Assembly (NCBI GenBank): GCA_963726915.1
Contig: CAVSEA010000010.1
Location: 31,223-95,222 of the forward strand
Length of the DNA stretch: 64,000 nt
Reading direction: 5' to 3'
Source of the DNA: an uncultured beta proteobacterium
GTDB taxonomy: Bacteria; Pseudomonadota; Gammaproteobacteria; Burkholderiales; Casimicrobiaceae
Below are positions 19,560 to 29,341 of the stretch, piece by piece (the first letter of the stretch is position 1; every line of letters begins with the position of its first letter). The translations under genes and the position numbers were made by a program. The notes under the pieces are model-generated. The model saw only the letters and a list, made by a program, of their open reading frames with translations. It made no database searches and was not told where the DNA came from.

Positions 19560-22500
19560 TTACTTCGTCTGCTCGCCCTTCATCTGCACTTCCACGCGAC
19601 GGTTCGGCTGCAGGCACTCGATCAGCGCCTTCATTGCCTTCTGATCGCATTGCACCACCGGCTGCTTTTCGCCCATGCCGATGGTCTCGATCTTCGCCTT
19701 GTCCACACCCTTGCTGACCAGGTAGTCGCGCACCGTATTCGCGCGCCGCTCGGACAGTTTCTGGTTGTACGCAGCCGACCCAATACGATCGGTGTGACCC
19801 GTCACCAGGACGACTTCGAGCTTCTGCACCTGCGAGATCTTGCCGACGATCTGGCTGTCGATCGCCGCCTTGCCCTCGGGCTTGAGATCTGCCTTGTCGA
19901 AGTCGAACAGCGCCTTGGCGTCGAGCGTGATCCGCTGCACCTGCGGAGCAGGGCGAGGCGGCGGCGGCGGCGGCGGCGGGGTTGGCGCCGGCGCGGGCTG
20001 AGCGACCGGCGCGACAGCCGGAGCAGCAACCGGCGGTGCCGGCGCTGGCGTTGGGTCGAAGGTGTACTGGAACCCAAGGCTCCAGAACGGTCCGACCGCG
20101 CCGATCTGATGCAGCGCAGGGTTATAGGGAACGCCGTTGTTACCCGCGTTCGGCTGCTGGCCCGACGAGGCACCGTAGGTCTCCATGTCGACCGGCGCCT
20201 TGGCGTTGAACACGTTGTTGATCGTCGCCAGGAACTGCCACTGCTTGTTCCACTGGTACTGGAAGTTCAGGTTCACGTAGGTGAACGACGCGACGTTGCA
20301 GTAGTTCGCCGCGACGCCACCATTGTTGACCCATCGTGCGGCGTTGGAGCCCTCGTTGATCAATCCGTCCTGGCAAGTGTTATTACCGATGGACGGGTCG
20401 GTTACGTTGAAGCGGCCGACATAGTTCACCGTTGCCGTCGTCGTGAACGGGCCCTTCGACCACTGGATGGTCGCAGTCGCGCGGTCCTTCGGCGTGCCGG
20501 TGTCGCCACCGACGGCCGTCGGACCGTGCGTGCCCGCCAGCTTGGTCTTGACGCCGTCGGCGGTCAGGTCATAGGTGAGGATGTGGGTCCACATCGCGCT
20601 GGTCAGCAGCTTGCTCGCGTCGGGCAGCGTCCACGTGTAGCCGGTGCCCAGGTCGAAGCCATCGGTCGTTACCTGTTGCGCGTTGATGAAAGGCGCGGCG
20701 ACGTAGGCAATGAGGGGTGCGTTGGAAAGACCGGTGTGGCCGTCGCCGAAGGTCACGAGCTGCGTCGTGTTATTGCGAACCGTGTTTGCAGGAATCGTGT
20801 CCGGGTAGGTTGGCGTGTTCGCGACGTTGATGATCTGGTTCTTGAGCTTGATGTAGTAATAGTCGAAGGTCGTCGCCCAGCCCTTGACGGGTTCCAGGAT
20901 CAAGCCCGCGGTGAATTGGTCCGACTTTTCAGGCTGCAGGTTCTTGTTGCTGCTCTGCAGGAACCCCGGATTGAAGTTGCAGGTCCCCTGCACGTTCTGC
21001 GGCGACACCAGATTCGGCTGGCCGTTGGCCAAACTGGCCGGGCAGTTCAGCGGATCGCGGATATTGAACAAGTTGAACGCCGCGCCGGCGTTGCCGGACT
21101 CGGTGATGAACGGTGCCCGGAAGCCGGTTCCCGCCGTACCGCGCAGCGCAATCCACTGCGTCGGGGTCCACTTCGCGCCGATCTTGGGGTTCCAGGTATT
21201 GTTGTTCGGCGCGTTGTAGTAGTCGTAGCGCAGCGCGGCGTCGATCTCCAGGCTCTTCAGGACGGGCATCGAAACTTCCGCATACGCGAAGGCGTTGTTC
21301 TGGCTGCCGACGGCATAGGTCGTGGATCCGGGAATGCTGACGGTGCCATCCTGGCCCGCGCCGGGGTTCGGCGAGTTCAGGTTTCGGTACACGTCGCCGA
21401 CGCCAACGGCAAGGCTCATCGGACCGCCCTGCAACTGCATAAGGTCGTGCGTCGCGGACGCCTGGACGAAGCTCAGGTTGTTCCAAAGGGTGTTTTTGAC
21501 CGTCGGGTTCACGAACGAGTCTTGTTCCGAGGTGTTGCCGCCGGTCAGCAAATAGGGATGCGCCGGGGTCAGACCGAGCGACGGTACCTGGCCGTTCAGG
21601 GCCGCGTACATGTTCGGGATAGAGAGCCAACCGTTGTACGTCGTCATCTGCCTGACATTCGTCCAACCGGCCGCGACCTGCGTCTCCCAGCCCCACGCCG
21701 TGCCGGTGGTTTGCCCCACGAAGCGGCTCGTCTGCGATTCCTGGCTGACCGACTGGTTTATCCCGCTGACAGGATTGAAGGACCGTACGTTCGCGGGCGC
21801 GCCGAACGGGTTGCCGGGATAGTTCGCGGGCACGGTAAATGAGGGGACGGGGTTCACGCCGACTTTCACGTTCTGGTTCGGGCCGGCGGTGAGGACGCCG
21901 CCGGAGGATGCGAACGTGACCGTGCCCGGGCGCCACTGCTGCTCAGACTGCCCGTCGGTGAACGACGCGGTAAAGCTGCCCGTCCAGTCGCTCCACGGGA
22001 GCTTGCCGGCCACATTTCCGATGAAGTTGATGTTCTGCGACCGCGGCTGGATCTGGCTCCAGTTGTCATCGTACTGACACTGGTTCGCGTTCCGCCGCGC
22101 GAAGTCGCAGTTGGAGTTGAGGAACGCGTTGTTGGCCGCGAGCGCCGTCGATCCAGTCGTACTTTGCAGATAGGGCGCCCCTCGGATCACCGGGTTCGCG
22201 GCGGATCGGATTGAGCCGGGGTTCAGATTGTTTCCGCCCCACGGCGTGTAGTCGGTCGTTGCCCACGGTTCGCCATTGCGCTGGCTGAGCATGATCGCCT
22301 CTTGCGAGGTGTATTCCGCGGCGACCCATCCACCAAACCCCTTGCTCACGTCTCCGAAGCCTTGCATGAGCTGGGCATCCCAGCTCGTGCCGCCACCCTT
22401 GGTCGTGGTGCCGCCGGTGCCCAAGGCGTAGGTGCCCTTGAAATCCTTCTTCAGGATGACGTTGACCACGCCGGCGATGGCGTCCGAACCGTAGATCGCT

Positions 22501-22976
22501 GACGCGCCGTCGAGCAGGACTTCGATGCGGTCGATCGCGACAAAGGGGATGGTGCCGAGGTCGACGAACTGGCGCTGCGCGTCGTCAGCCCGCGGCCAGC
22601 CCGCCATGCGGTAGCCGTCGATGAGCACCAGCGTCGAGCCGACCGTCAGGCCGCGCAGCGATACGCCGCTGGCCCCGCTTGCGAACGCGCGGGCGAAGCC
22701 TGTCGACAACGTGCCGTTGCTGTTTTGCGTGAGGTTGCGCAGCACGTCCGAAACGCTCGTGAAGCCCTGCTGGATCATCTGCTCCTTGGTGATGACCTGC
22801 ACTTCGCTCGGCGTTTCCGCATCCGCGCGGCGGATGTTGGTACCCGTAACATTGATCCTGTCCATCGTCGTCACGGTCGTCTGCCCCATGGCCGGAGCCA
22901 CTGCCAGGACAGAAAACGCACCGCTTGCGACCAGCTGCGCGACCGCAAGTGGCAATGCCTTCACTTTGAGCGACAT
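19560..22976 (-). CDS. TonB-dependent receptor fused C-terminally to an OmpA-type peptidoglycan-binding domain (1138 aa)
   Basis: SD GGGAGG precedes ATG 22976, followed by a signal peptide. Plug motifs are present (VSLRGL...IDRIEVLLDGASAIYGSDAIAGVVN). The long barrel ends in the terminal motif FWSLGFQYTF (nt 20058). A Pro/Ala hinge spans 19941..20057. The OmpA_C domain spans 19563..19940 (LVTGHTDRIGSAAYNQKLSERRANTVRDYL, Cys pair QCDQKAMKALIECLQPNRRVEV). Confidence 0.85.
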   Translation of the reverse strand: MSLKVKALPLAVAQLVASGAFSVLAVAPAMGQTTVTTMDRINVTGTNIRRADAETPSEVQVITKEQMIQQGFTSVSDVLRNLTQNSNGTLSTGFARAFASGASGVSLRGLTVGSTLVLIDGYRMAGWPRADDAQRQFVDLGTIPFVAIDRIEVLLDGASAIYGSDAIAGVVNVILKKDFKGTYALGTGGTTTKGGGTSWDAQLMQGFGDVSKGFGGWVAAEYTSQEAIMLSQRNGEPWATTDYTPWGGNNLNPGSIRSAANPVIRGAPYLQSTTGSTALAANNAFLNSNCDFARRNANQCQYDDNWSQIQPRSQNINFIGNVAGKLPWSDWTGSFTASFTDGQSEQQWRPGTVTFASSGGVLTAGPNQNVKVGVNPVPSFTVPANYPGNPFGAPANVRSFNPVSGINQSVSQESQTSRFVGQTTGTAWGWETQVAAGWTNVRQMTTYNGWLSIPNMYAALNGQVPSLGLTPAHPYLLTGGNTSEQDSFVNPTVKNTLWNNLSFVQASATHDLMQLQGGPMSLAVGVGDVYRNLNSPNPGAGQDGTVSIPGSTTYAVGSQNNAFAYAEVSMPVLKSLEIDAALRYDYYNAPNNNTWNPKIGAKWTPTQWIALRGTAGTGFRAPFITESGNAGAAFNLFNIRDPLNCPASLANGQPNLVSPQNVQGTCNFNPGFLQSSNKNLQPEKSDQFTAGLILEPVKGWATTFDYYYIKLKNQIINVANTPTYPDTIPANTVRNNTTQLVTFGDGHTGLSNAPLIAYVAAPFINAQQVTTDGFDLGTGYTWTLPDASKLLTSAMWTHILTYDLTADGVKTKLAGTHGPTAVGGDTGTPKDRATATIQWSKGPFTTTATVNYVGRFNVTDPSIGNNTCQDGLINEGSNAARWVNNGGVAANYCNVASFTYVNLNFQYQWNKQWQFLATINNVFNAKAPVDMETYGASSGQQPNAGNNGVPYNPALHQIGAVGPFWSLGFQYTFDPTPAPAPPVAAPAVAPVAQPAPAPTPPPPPPPPRPAPQVQRITLDAKALFDFDKADLKPEGKAAIDSQIVGKISQVQKLEVVLVTGHTDRIGSAAYNQKLSERRANTVRDYLVSKGVDKAKIETIGMGEKQPVVQCDQKAMKALIECLQPNRRVEVQMKGEQTK

Positions 22977-23483
22977 GTCGAACCTCCCTAAATATAAAGC
23001 GCAGTGAATCCAGGTCTTGTTGATCGAACTCGGAAGCTTCGCGGTACCGCAACTGGCTCCTTGGGTCCTATGACGCGGCAACCTTTACGCAAGAGTCCAT
23101 GTGCTGCCAGGACATTGCTCGCGTTCACGGGTAAGTCGCGGTCGGTATCCCTGACCCCATTGAAGTTCGGATGCAACAGAACACTTTGGCCGAATTTCCG
23201 CTAACAATTCAAACTTTACGGTAGTGTGAATTGGGCCGGCAACAAAATGTTGCGTTTGTTACCTTCGACCGGTCACATCTGTTGCAATTGTGCCAACGCC
23301 TCTCCGGACCTCAAGTCGCCGCATGCGCCGTTGCTGTTGAAAAGTCTCGCGTTTGAAGGACCCGCCGCGTTCCTCGCTCGCATGGCGGACCATAGCAGCG
23401 AGGCCTGCTTGCCAACACCTCATATCCAGGGGGAACAACCCCCGCTAGAATGGGCGGCGCACCGGCCGAAGGTGGACCCTTGT

Positions 23484-23984
23484 ATGGCTGACTTTCGTAT
23501 CCTTCCTGCAACACCCGCGGACGTCCCGGCGATCCTTTCCATGATTCGCGCGCTTGCAGCGTACGAGCAGTTGACGCACCTGTGTATTGCGACAGAATCG
23601 GAAATTTCCCGGGCGCTTTTCGGCAAAAAGCCCGTTGCCGAAGTGGTTTTAGGCTTGGAAGGTGCGCAGATCGTTGCATTTGCACTGTTTTTTCATAATT
23701 TTTCCACCTTCCTCGGCCGCCCTGGCCTGTACCTCGAGGATCTGTTTGTGCAGCCTGCGTGGCGTGGACACGGCTACGGCCGGGCGCTGCTGATGCACCT
23801 GGCCAGGCTGGCCGTCGAACGCGGCTGCGGCAGGTTCGAGTGGTCCGTGCTGGACTGGAACGAGCCGGCGATCGGGTTCTACAAGGCGCTGGGCGCCAGC
23901 ATCTTGCCGGATTGGCGGATCAGTCGCGTCACCGGAGCAGCCCTTGAACGATTGGCGGCCCAGGCCGTGCTCCCCGTCAGGTAG
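23484..23984 (+). CDS. GNAT family N-acetyltransferase (diamine/SSAT-like)
   Basis: Acetyl-CoA binding motif LEDLFVQPAWRGHGYGRALLMHLARLA, then WSVLDWNEPAIGFYKALGA. The upstream part of the ORF lacks coding character. Confidence 0.85.
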   Translation: MADFRILPATPADVPAILSMIRALAAYEQLTHLCIATESEISRALFGKKPVAEVVLGLEGAQIVAFALFFHNFSTFLGRPGLYLEDLFVQPAWRGHGYGRALLMHLARLAVERGCGRFEWSVLDWNEPAIGFYKALGASILPDWRISRVTGAALERLAAQAVLPVR

Positions 23985-24036
23985 CGGCCATGAGATTATT
24001 GGAAACGATACCCGGCTGAAAAGGTTGATACCCGTC

Positions 24037-25475
24037 ATGAACAGCGACATTCAAACCGAACTTCGAGCGACTTCGTTGTCGCGGCGACTTCTGGTCGCTG
24101 CGGCTGGTCGACGAGACTGCCGACAGCTACGCGGTCCGCAAGAACGTGCCGCAGCCACCGGCGTCTTCGCGCGATCTCGGCGCGATGCTTACCGTCCGGG
24201 CAGACGGCGGGAGCGGCTACGCAGCCACCAGCGACCTGTCGCGGGCCGGGCTGCAAGCAGCACTCGACCGCGCGACGGAATGGGCGCAGGCAACCGCAGC
24301 GACCAGCCTGATCGATTTCAGGGCGCTGGCCAGGCCCGCGCCGCGCGGCGAGTACGCGTCGCCCGACCTCGAGACGCCGGCCTGGTCGCGCCGCGACTGG
24401 TATGACCTGCTTGCCGAGGAGTCCAAGGCAGCAGGCTGCGACCCGCGCATCGTCGACTGGGAAGCAAGTGTCGAGACGCGATCGGCCCTCCACGTCTATC
24501 TGACCAGCGAGGGCGGGGACGTTGCGCAGCGTTACCGCTTCGTCATGCCCAGCCTGGTAGTAACCGCCCACGCCGACGGCGACACCCAGACCCGCTCGCT
24601 CAACGGCTATCGAGGCCTGGCACAACAAGGCGGCGAATCGATGCTTGCGGCAGTTCGGCTTTGCCGGTAGCGGGGCCCGGATTGCCGACGAGGCGCTGCG
24701 CCTGCTCGTCGCGCCAAATTGCCCTACAGGCAACATGGATGTTTTGCTCATGCCGGACCAGATGGTCCTGCAGATCCACGAATCGATCGGCCACCCGCTT
24801 GAACTCGATCGCATCCTTGGCGACGAGCGCAACTTCGCCGGAACCAGTTTTGTCACGCTGGATATGTTCGGCAGCTATCGGTACGGATCGGAGCTGCTCA
24901 ACATCACCTTCGACCCCGGTCGACCGGAAGAGCTCGCGAGCTATGCCTTCGATGACGACGGCACACCGGCTGAGAGGCAGTACCTGATCCGCGCGGGCGT
25001 GCTCGAACGTCCCCTCGGAGGCGCGTTGTCGCAGGCGCGCGCGGGAGTCGCGGGCGTGGCCAACTCGCGCGCGGACAACTGGAACCGTCCGCCGATCGAC
25101 CGCATGTCCAACATCAACCTCGAGCCGGGCGACAGCTCGCTGGACGCGATGATCGCGGGCATCGAGCGGGGCGTGCTCATGCGCACCAACAGCTCGTGGT
25201 CGATCGACGACTCGCGCAACAAGTTCCAGTTCGGCTGCGAATGGGGGCAGCTGATCGAGCACGGGGCGCTTGCCGGGGTGGTCAAGAATCCCAACTACCG
25301 CGGCATATCGGCGAATTTCTGGCGCAATCTCAGGCAGGTCGGCGACGCGTCGACGATGCAGGTACTCGGCACGCCGTTCTGCGGCAAAGGCGAACCCTCG
25401 CAGGTCATTCGCGTCGGGCACGCGTCTCCGGCGTGCGTGTTCTCGAACGTCGACGTGTTCGGCGGTGACGCATGA
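24037..25475 (+). pseudogene. TldD-related metallopeptidase, frame broken twice (about 24040 and 24652)
   Basis: Metal site HESIGHPLELD, plus the motifs DFWSLRLVDE, GAMLTVRADGGSGYAATSDLS and GHASPACVFSNVDVFG. The segments sit in registers 1, 2 and 0. Length is 3n+2. Confidence 0.8.
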
Positions 25476-25489
25476 GATGCCGCGATGCC

Positions 25490-25554
25490 GTAGGTCCGAA
25501 TTCATTCGGACCGTGGGCTAAACCACCACCGCGCGCGAATGAATTCGCGCCTAC
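25490..25554. repeat. REP doublet (inverted pair)
   Basis: GTAGGTCCGAATTCATTCGGACC at 25490..25512, and the reverse complement of GTAGGCGCGAATTCATTCGCGCGC at 25531..25554. Confidence 0.85.
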
Positions 25555-25572
25555 GAGTGCGAAGGCACGCCA

Positions 25573-26910
25573 ATGATGATGTCGGCCATGGAAACCTATT
25601 TCAACGACGTCGCGGCGCTGCTCGACCGCTCTCTCGCGCCCGGTGAAGTCTACCTCTGCCGCTTCGATGCCGAGGTGTCGGATTTCGTGCGCATGAACCG
25701 TGGCAAGGTGCGCCAACCTGGCACCGTGTCGCAGCGCTACCTCGCGTTGCGCCTGATCCGCGGCAAGCGCCACGCCGAACGGACGCTCACCGTCTCGGGC
25801 GACCTCGCCCGCGATCGCGCGGACATCGATGCGGCGCTGCTCGCCTTGCGCGAGGTGATCGCCGATCTGCCGGAGGATCCGCATCTCGACTACGCCACCG
25901 ACGTGCGTTCCAGCCGCAGCGTCAGAAGCAGCGGCCTGGCGCGCTCCGAACAGATCGTCGCCAGCGTCCTCGACGCCGCGCGCGGACTCGATCTGGTCGG
26001 CATCTACGCGGCGGGCCCGGTCTACCGGGGCTTTGCCAATTCCCTCGGCCAGCGCAACTGGCACGAAGTGTCGAGCTTCAACCTGCAGTGGAGCCTCTAC
26101 CATCGCGCGGACAAGGCGGTGAAGACGTCTTACGGCGGCTTCGACTGGTCGGCGGCCGATTTCGGCGCAAAGATGCACGACGCGCGCGAACGCCTGGCAC
26201 TGCTGGCTAATCCGTCGCGTTCGCTCGAGCCGGGCCGCTACCGCGCGTACCTCGCCCCGTCGGCCATGGAGGAACTCGCGGGCATGCTGTGCTGGGGCGG
26301 ATTCTCCGGACGCGCGCTCGCCACGCGGCAGAGTTGCCTGTTCCGGATGCAGGACGGTGCGGCGACGCTCGATCCGTCGATCGGCTTCGCCGAAAACATC
26401 GCCGACGGGATCGCTCCGGCGTTCCAGGACGACGGTTTCGCACGCCCCGACCAGGTGCCGCTGCTCGCCGACGGCCGCCTGGTCGGCTCGCTGGTGAGCC
26501 CGCGCACCGCCAAGGAATTCGCGCTGGCGACCAACGGCGCCAATACCTACGAGACGCCGGAAGCGCTCGACATGGCGGCGGGAAAACTCCCCGTCGCCGA
26601 TGCGCTTGCGGCGCTCGACACCGGAATCTACGTCGGCAATCTGTGGTATCTCAATTTTTCCGATCGCCCCGCGTGCCGGGTCACCGGCATGACGCGTTTC
26701 GCTTCGTTCTGGGTCGAGCACGGCAGGATCGTCGCGCCGGTCGACGTGCTGCGCTTCGACGACAGCGTGTACCGGCTGCTGGGGGACCGCCTCGTCGGAT
26801 TGACCGCGGAGCGCGAACTTATCGTCGACAGCAACACCTACCGCGCCCGCAACGTCGGCAGCATGCGGCTGCCCGGCGCCGTGGTCGGCGAGATGGCCTT
26901 CACGCTCTGA
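25573..26910 (+). CDS. TldD/PmbA family protein (PmbA/TldE-like partner)
   Basis: 445 aa, directly downstream of the TldD-like gene. It has family-typical C-terminal motifs (GIYVGNLWYLNFSD...GMTRFASFWVEHGRI) and lacks the HExxxH site. Confidence 0.75.
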   Translation: MMMSAMETYFNDVAALLDRSLAPGEVYLCRFDAEVSDFVRMNRGKVRQPGTVSQRYLALRLIRGKRHAERTLTVSGDLARDRADIDAALLALREVIADLPEDPHLDYATDVRSSRSVRSSGLARSEQIVASVLDAARGLDLVGIYAAGPVYRGFANSLGQRNWHEVSSFNLQWSLYHRADKAVKTSYGGFDWSAADFGAKMHDARERLALLANPSRSLEPGRYRAYLAPSAMEELAGMLCWGGFSGRALATRQSCLFRMQDGAATLDPSIGFAENIADGIAPAFQDDGFARPDQVPLLADGRLVGSLVSPRTAKEFALATNGANTYETPEALDMAAGKLPVADALAALDTGIYVGNLWYLNFSDRPACRVTGMTRFASFWVEHGRIVAPVDVLRFDDSVYRLLGDRLVGLTAERELIVDSNTYRARNVGSMRLPGAVVGEMAFTL

Positions 26911-26935
26911 TACGTTCGCGATTCGACCGTCCGCT

Positions 26936-26999
26936 GTAGGCGCGAACTTGTTCGCGCGCGGCGGATGCGAAACGTTGTAGGCGCAAATTCATTTGCGCC
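26936..26999 (+). repeat. two direct REP copies
   Basis: GTAGGCGCGAACTTGTTCGCGCGC and GTAGGCGCAAATTCATTTGCGCC. Each is an imperfect palindrome behind a GTAGG head. Confidence 0.85.
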
Positions 27000-27058
27000 C
27001 GGGCAAGTCGTCCATCTGGCCGATCGCAAACCCATGCCTTTTGCACCACGATGGATCC

Positions 27059-27508
27059 ATGAGCCAATCCGATCTTCGTCGTGGACGATGGTCCGCCCCG
27101 AATCATGCCTACTTCATCACCACGGTCACCGCAGGGCGAACCAAGTTCTTTGTCGACTTTGACTTGGCGCGGATAGTCATTGGCGAGATGCGCCGCATTC
27201 ACAACGATGACGACGTAGATTCGCTGGCCTGGGTTCTAATGCCAGACCACATGCATTGGCTGTTCATCCTTCGAGATGTCGCGAATCTCTGCACCGTGAT
27301 AAGGAGATGCAAATCGCGATCAGCACTCGCAGTGAACAGGCGATTGGGTCGTCACGGAGCAGTGTGGCAGCGTGGGTATTACGATCACGCCATTCGTGTC
27401 GATGAGGAATTGCGAACTGTTGGCCGATACATAGTATCGAATCCTTTGCGCGCCCGACTGGTCGACAAGTTGGGACACTATCCACATTGGGACGCGGTCT
27501 GGCTGTAG
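27059..27508 (+). CDS. REP-associated tyrosine transposase (RAYT, IS200/IS605 TnpA-like)
   Basis: HUH motif (VLMPDHMHWLF) and catalytic Tyr region (VWQRGYYDHAIR...YIVSNPLRA). The stop codon TAG lies inside a REP. Confidence 0.85.
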   Translation: MSQSDLRRGRWSAPNHAYFITTVTAGRTKFFVDFDLARIVIGEMRRIHNDDDVDSLAWVLMPDHMHWLFILRDVANLCTVIRRCKSRSALAVNRRLGRHGAVWQRGYYDHAIRVDEELRTVGRYIVSNPLRARLVDKLGHYPHWDAVWL

Positions 27509-27571
27509 GCGCGAATTCATTCGCGCGCAGCGATCGGCCCGCCGTCTCGGTCCGAATGAATTCGGACCTAC
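27505..27571. repeat. REP doublet (inverted pair)
   Basis: GTAGGCGCGAATTCATTCGCGCGC at 27505..27528, and the reverse complement of GTAGGTCCGAATTCATTCGGACC at 27549..27571. Confidence 0.85.
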
Positions 27572-27617
27572 AAAACTGCGACTCGTTGTCGATGCCCCTT
27601 TATTCGCGCACCGTCAG

Positions 27618-29336
27618 TCAATCGTTGCCGTGATGCCATCCCTTCGGGATCGCTGACAGCAGCTTCTGCGTATACGGCTGGCGCGGATTGCGGTAGATGT
27701 CGTCGGAGTTGGCGATCTCGACGATCTCGCCCTGGTTCATCACCATGATTTCGTCGGCGATGTACTTGACGACGGCAAGGTCGTGCGAGATGAATATGTA
27801 CGACAGGTGAAATTCGTCCTGCAGGTCCTGCAGCAGGTTCAGCACCTGCGCCTGCACCGACACGTCGAGCGCGGACACCGACTCGTCGCAGATCAGGATG
27901 TCGGGTTTGAGCGTCAGGCAGCGCGCGATGGCGATCCGCTGCCGCTGCCCGCCGGAAAATTCGTGCGGATACTTGTAGAAAGTAACCTCGGGCAGGCCGA
28001 CCTTCTGCAACAGCTCGAAGGCGAGCTCGGTACGCTCCTGCGCCGAATTGCCGATGCCGTGGATCTGCATCGGCTCGGTCAGGATCTGACCGACGATCAT
28101 GCGTGGATTCAGCGACGCGTACGGATTCTGGAAGATGATCTGGATACGCCGCTTGTAGCTCATGAATTCGCGCGCCGACATCGCGAGGATGTCCTTGCCC
28201 TCGAACAGCGCCTGGCCGCTGGTTGCTTCGTGCAGCCGCATCAGGGTGAGCCCGACCGTGGTCTTGCCCGAACCCGACTCGCCGACCAGACCCAGCGTCT
28301 TGCCCTTGGGTAGCCGGAACGACACGTCCTTCACCGCCTCGAACTTGCGGCGGCCGAACAGGCCCTCGCGCGAATAGAAGTCCTTGCCGAGGCCCTTCAC
28401 GTCGAGGATGATCGCGTCCGAAGCCGCGATGCCGCGCTTGCGCTCGGTGAGGTTCATGGCGTGCGCGCCCCCGTCCATGAAGTCCTCGATGACCGGCAAG
28501 CGGACCGGGCGCCGATCGAGCCGCGGCCGGCACTGCAGCAGCGCCTTGGTGTAGGGGTCCTGCGGGCGCTCGAAGACTTCCTTCGCCGGCCCCTGCTCGC
28601 GCACCTCGCCGTTGCGCATCACCACGACGTAGTCGGCGATCTCCCCGACGACCGCCAGGTCGTGCGTGATGAACAGCACCGACATCTGATGTTTTCGCTG
28701 CAGCTCCGCGATCAGGTCGAGGATCTGCTTCTGGATGGTGACGTCGAGCGCGGTCGTCGGTTCGTCGGCGATGAGCAGCTTCGGCTCGCACGCGATCGCC
28801 ATCGCGATCATCACGCGCTGCTGCTGTCCGCCCGACATTTGCGACGGATACGCGTTGATCCTGAATTCGGGGTCGGGAATGCCGACTTCCGCCAGGAGTT
28901 CGATCGCGCGCTTGCGTGCGGCCGCCGGCGCAAGGCCAAGATGCAGTCGCAGCGATTCGATGAGCTGGAAGCCGACCGTGAACACCGGGTTCAGCGATGT
29001 CATCGGTTCCTGGAAGATCATCGAGATGTCCTTGCCGCGCAGCGCACGCAACTCGGCCTCGTCGAGGCCGATCAGGTTGCGGCCACCGAAGACGATTTCG
29101 CTGCCGGCCAGCACGCTCGCGTTCTCCTTCGGCAGCAGGCCGAGGATCGAGAGCGAGGTCACCGACTTGCCGCTACCCGACTCGCCGACGAGTGCCACCG
29201 TCGAATTGCGCGGAATGTCGAAGCTGATGCGCTTGACCGCTTCGAAAGTGGTCTTCTTGTCGAGCCGGAAATTGACCCGAAGGTTGCGAACGGAGAGCAA
29301 TGGTTCCATGGATCCGGATCTCGCGTTCTGTGGCAT
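27618..29336 (-). CDS. fused double-ATPase subunit of a peptide ABC importer (YejF-like)
   Basis: Two full nucleotide-binding domains: GESGSGKSVT...LSGGQQQRVMIAMA...LLIADEPTTALD and GESGSGKTTV...FSGGQRQRIAIARC...ILICDESVSALD. The start is ATG 29336 or ATG 29309. Confidence 0.9.
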   Translation of the reverse strand: MPQNARSGSMEPLLSVRNLRVNFRLDKKTTFEAVKRISFDIPRNSTVALVGESGSGKSVTSLSILGLLPKENASVLAGSEIVFGGRNLIGLDEAELRALRGKDISMIFQEPMTSLNPVFTVGFQLIESLRLHLGLAPAAARKRAIELLAEVGIPDPEFRINAYPSQMSGGQQQRVMIAMAIACEPKLLIADEPTTALDVTIQKQILDLIAELQRKHQMSVLFITHDLAVVGEIADYVVVMRNGEVREQGPAKEVFERPQDPYTKALLQCRPRLDRRPVRLPVIEDFMDGGAHAMNLTERKRGIAASDAIILDVKGLGKDFYSREGLFGRRKFEAVKDVSFRLPKGKTLGLVGESGSGKTTVGLTLMRLHEATSGQALFEGKDILAMSAREFMSYKRRIQIIFQNPYASLNPRMIVGQILTEPMQIHGIGNSAQERTELAFELLQKVGLPEVTFYKYPHEFSGGQRQRIAIARCLTLKPDILICDESVSALDVSVQAQVLNLLQDLQDEFHLSYIFISHDLAVVKYIADEIMVMNQGEIVEIANSDDIYRNPRQPYTQKLLSAIPKGWHHGND

Positions 29337-29341
29337 CTGCG

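Larger units (their letters stand above)
26936..27571 (+). mobile_element. REPtron: RAYT gene flanked by REP palindromes
   Basis: REPs at 26936..26959 and 26977..26999 upstream, and at 27505..27528 and 27549..27571 (inverted) downstream of the Y1-transposase-like gene. Confidence 0.8.

Noticed and set aside
19560-20100. The receptor-OmpA fusion as an artefact of the same insertion errors.
   Set aside because: The barrel end, hinge and OmpA_C domain are all in one register with no stop in that frame. The OmpA_C part has no export signal or anchor of its own, so a separate gene is hard to reconstruct. It is still listed for read-level verification.
22977-23240. Cobalamin or other riboswitch in the leader of the TonB-dependent receptor.
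   Set aside because: I read the minus-strand leader for a B12 box (AGYCMGgAgaCCkGCc) and the GGGAA/GGTG core. I found only scattered partial matches (AAGACCTGG) without the conserved helices.
23241-23260. Inverted repeat AACAAA-N8-TTTGTT between the receptor and GNAT genes.
   Set aside because: 6-bp arms in an AT-richer spacer are expected by chance. There is no second copy, and it is more than 200 bp from either start.
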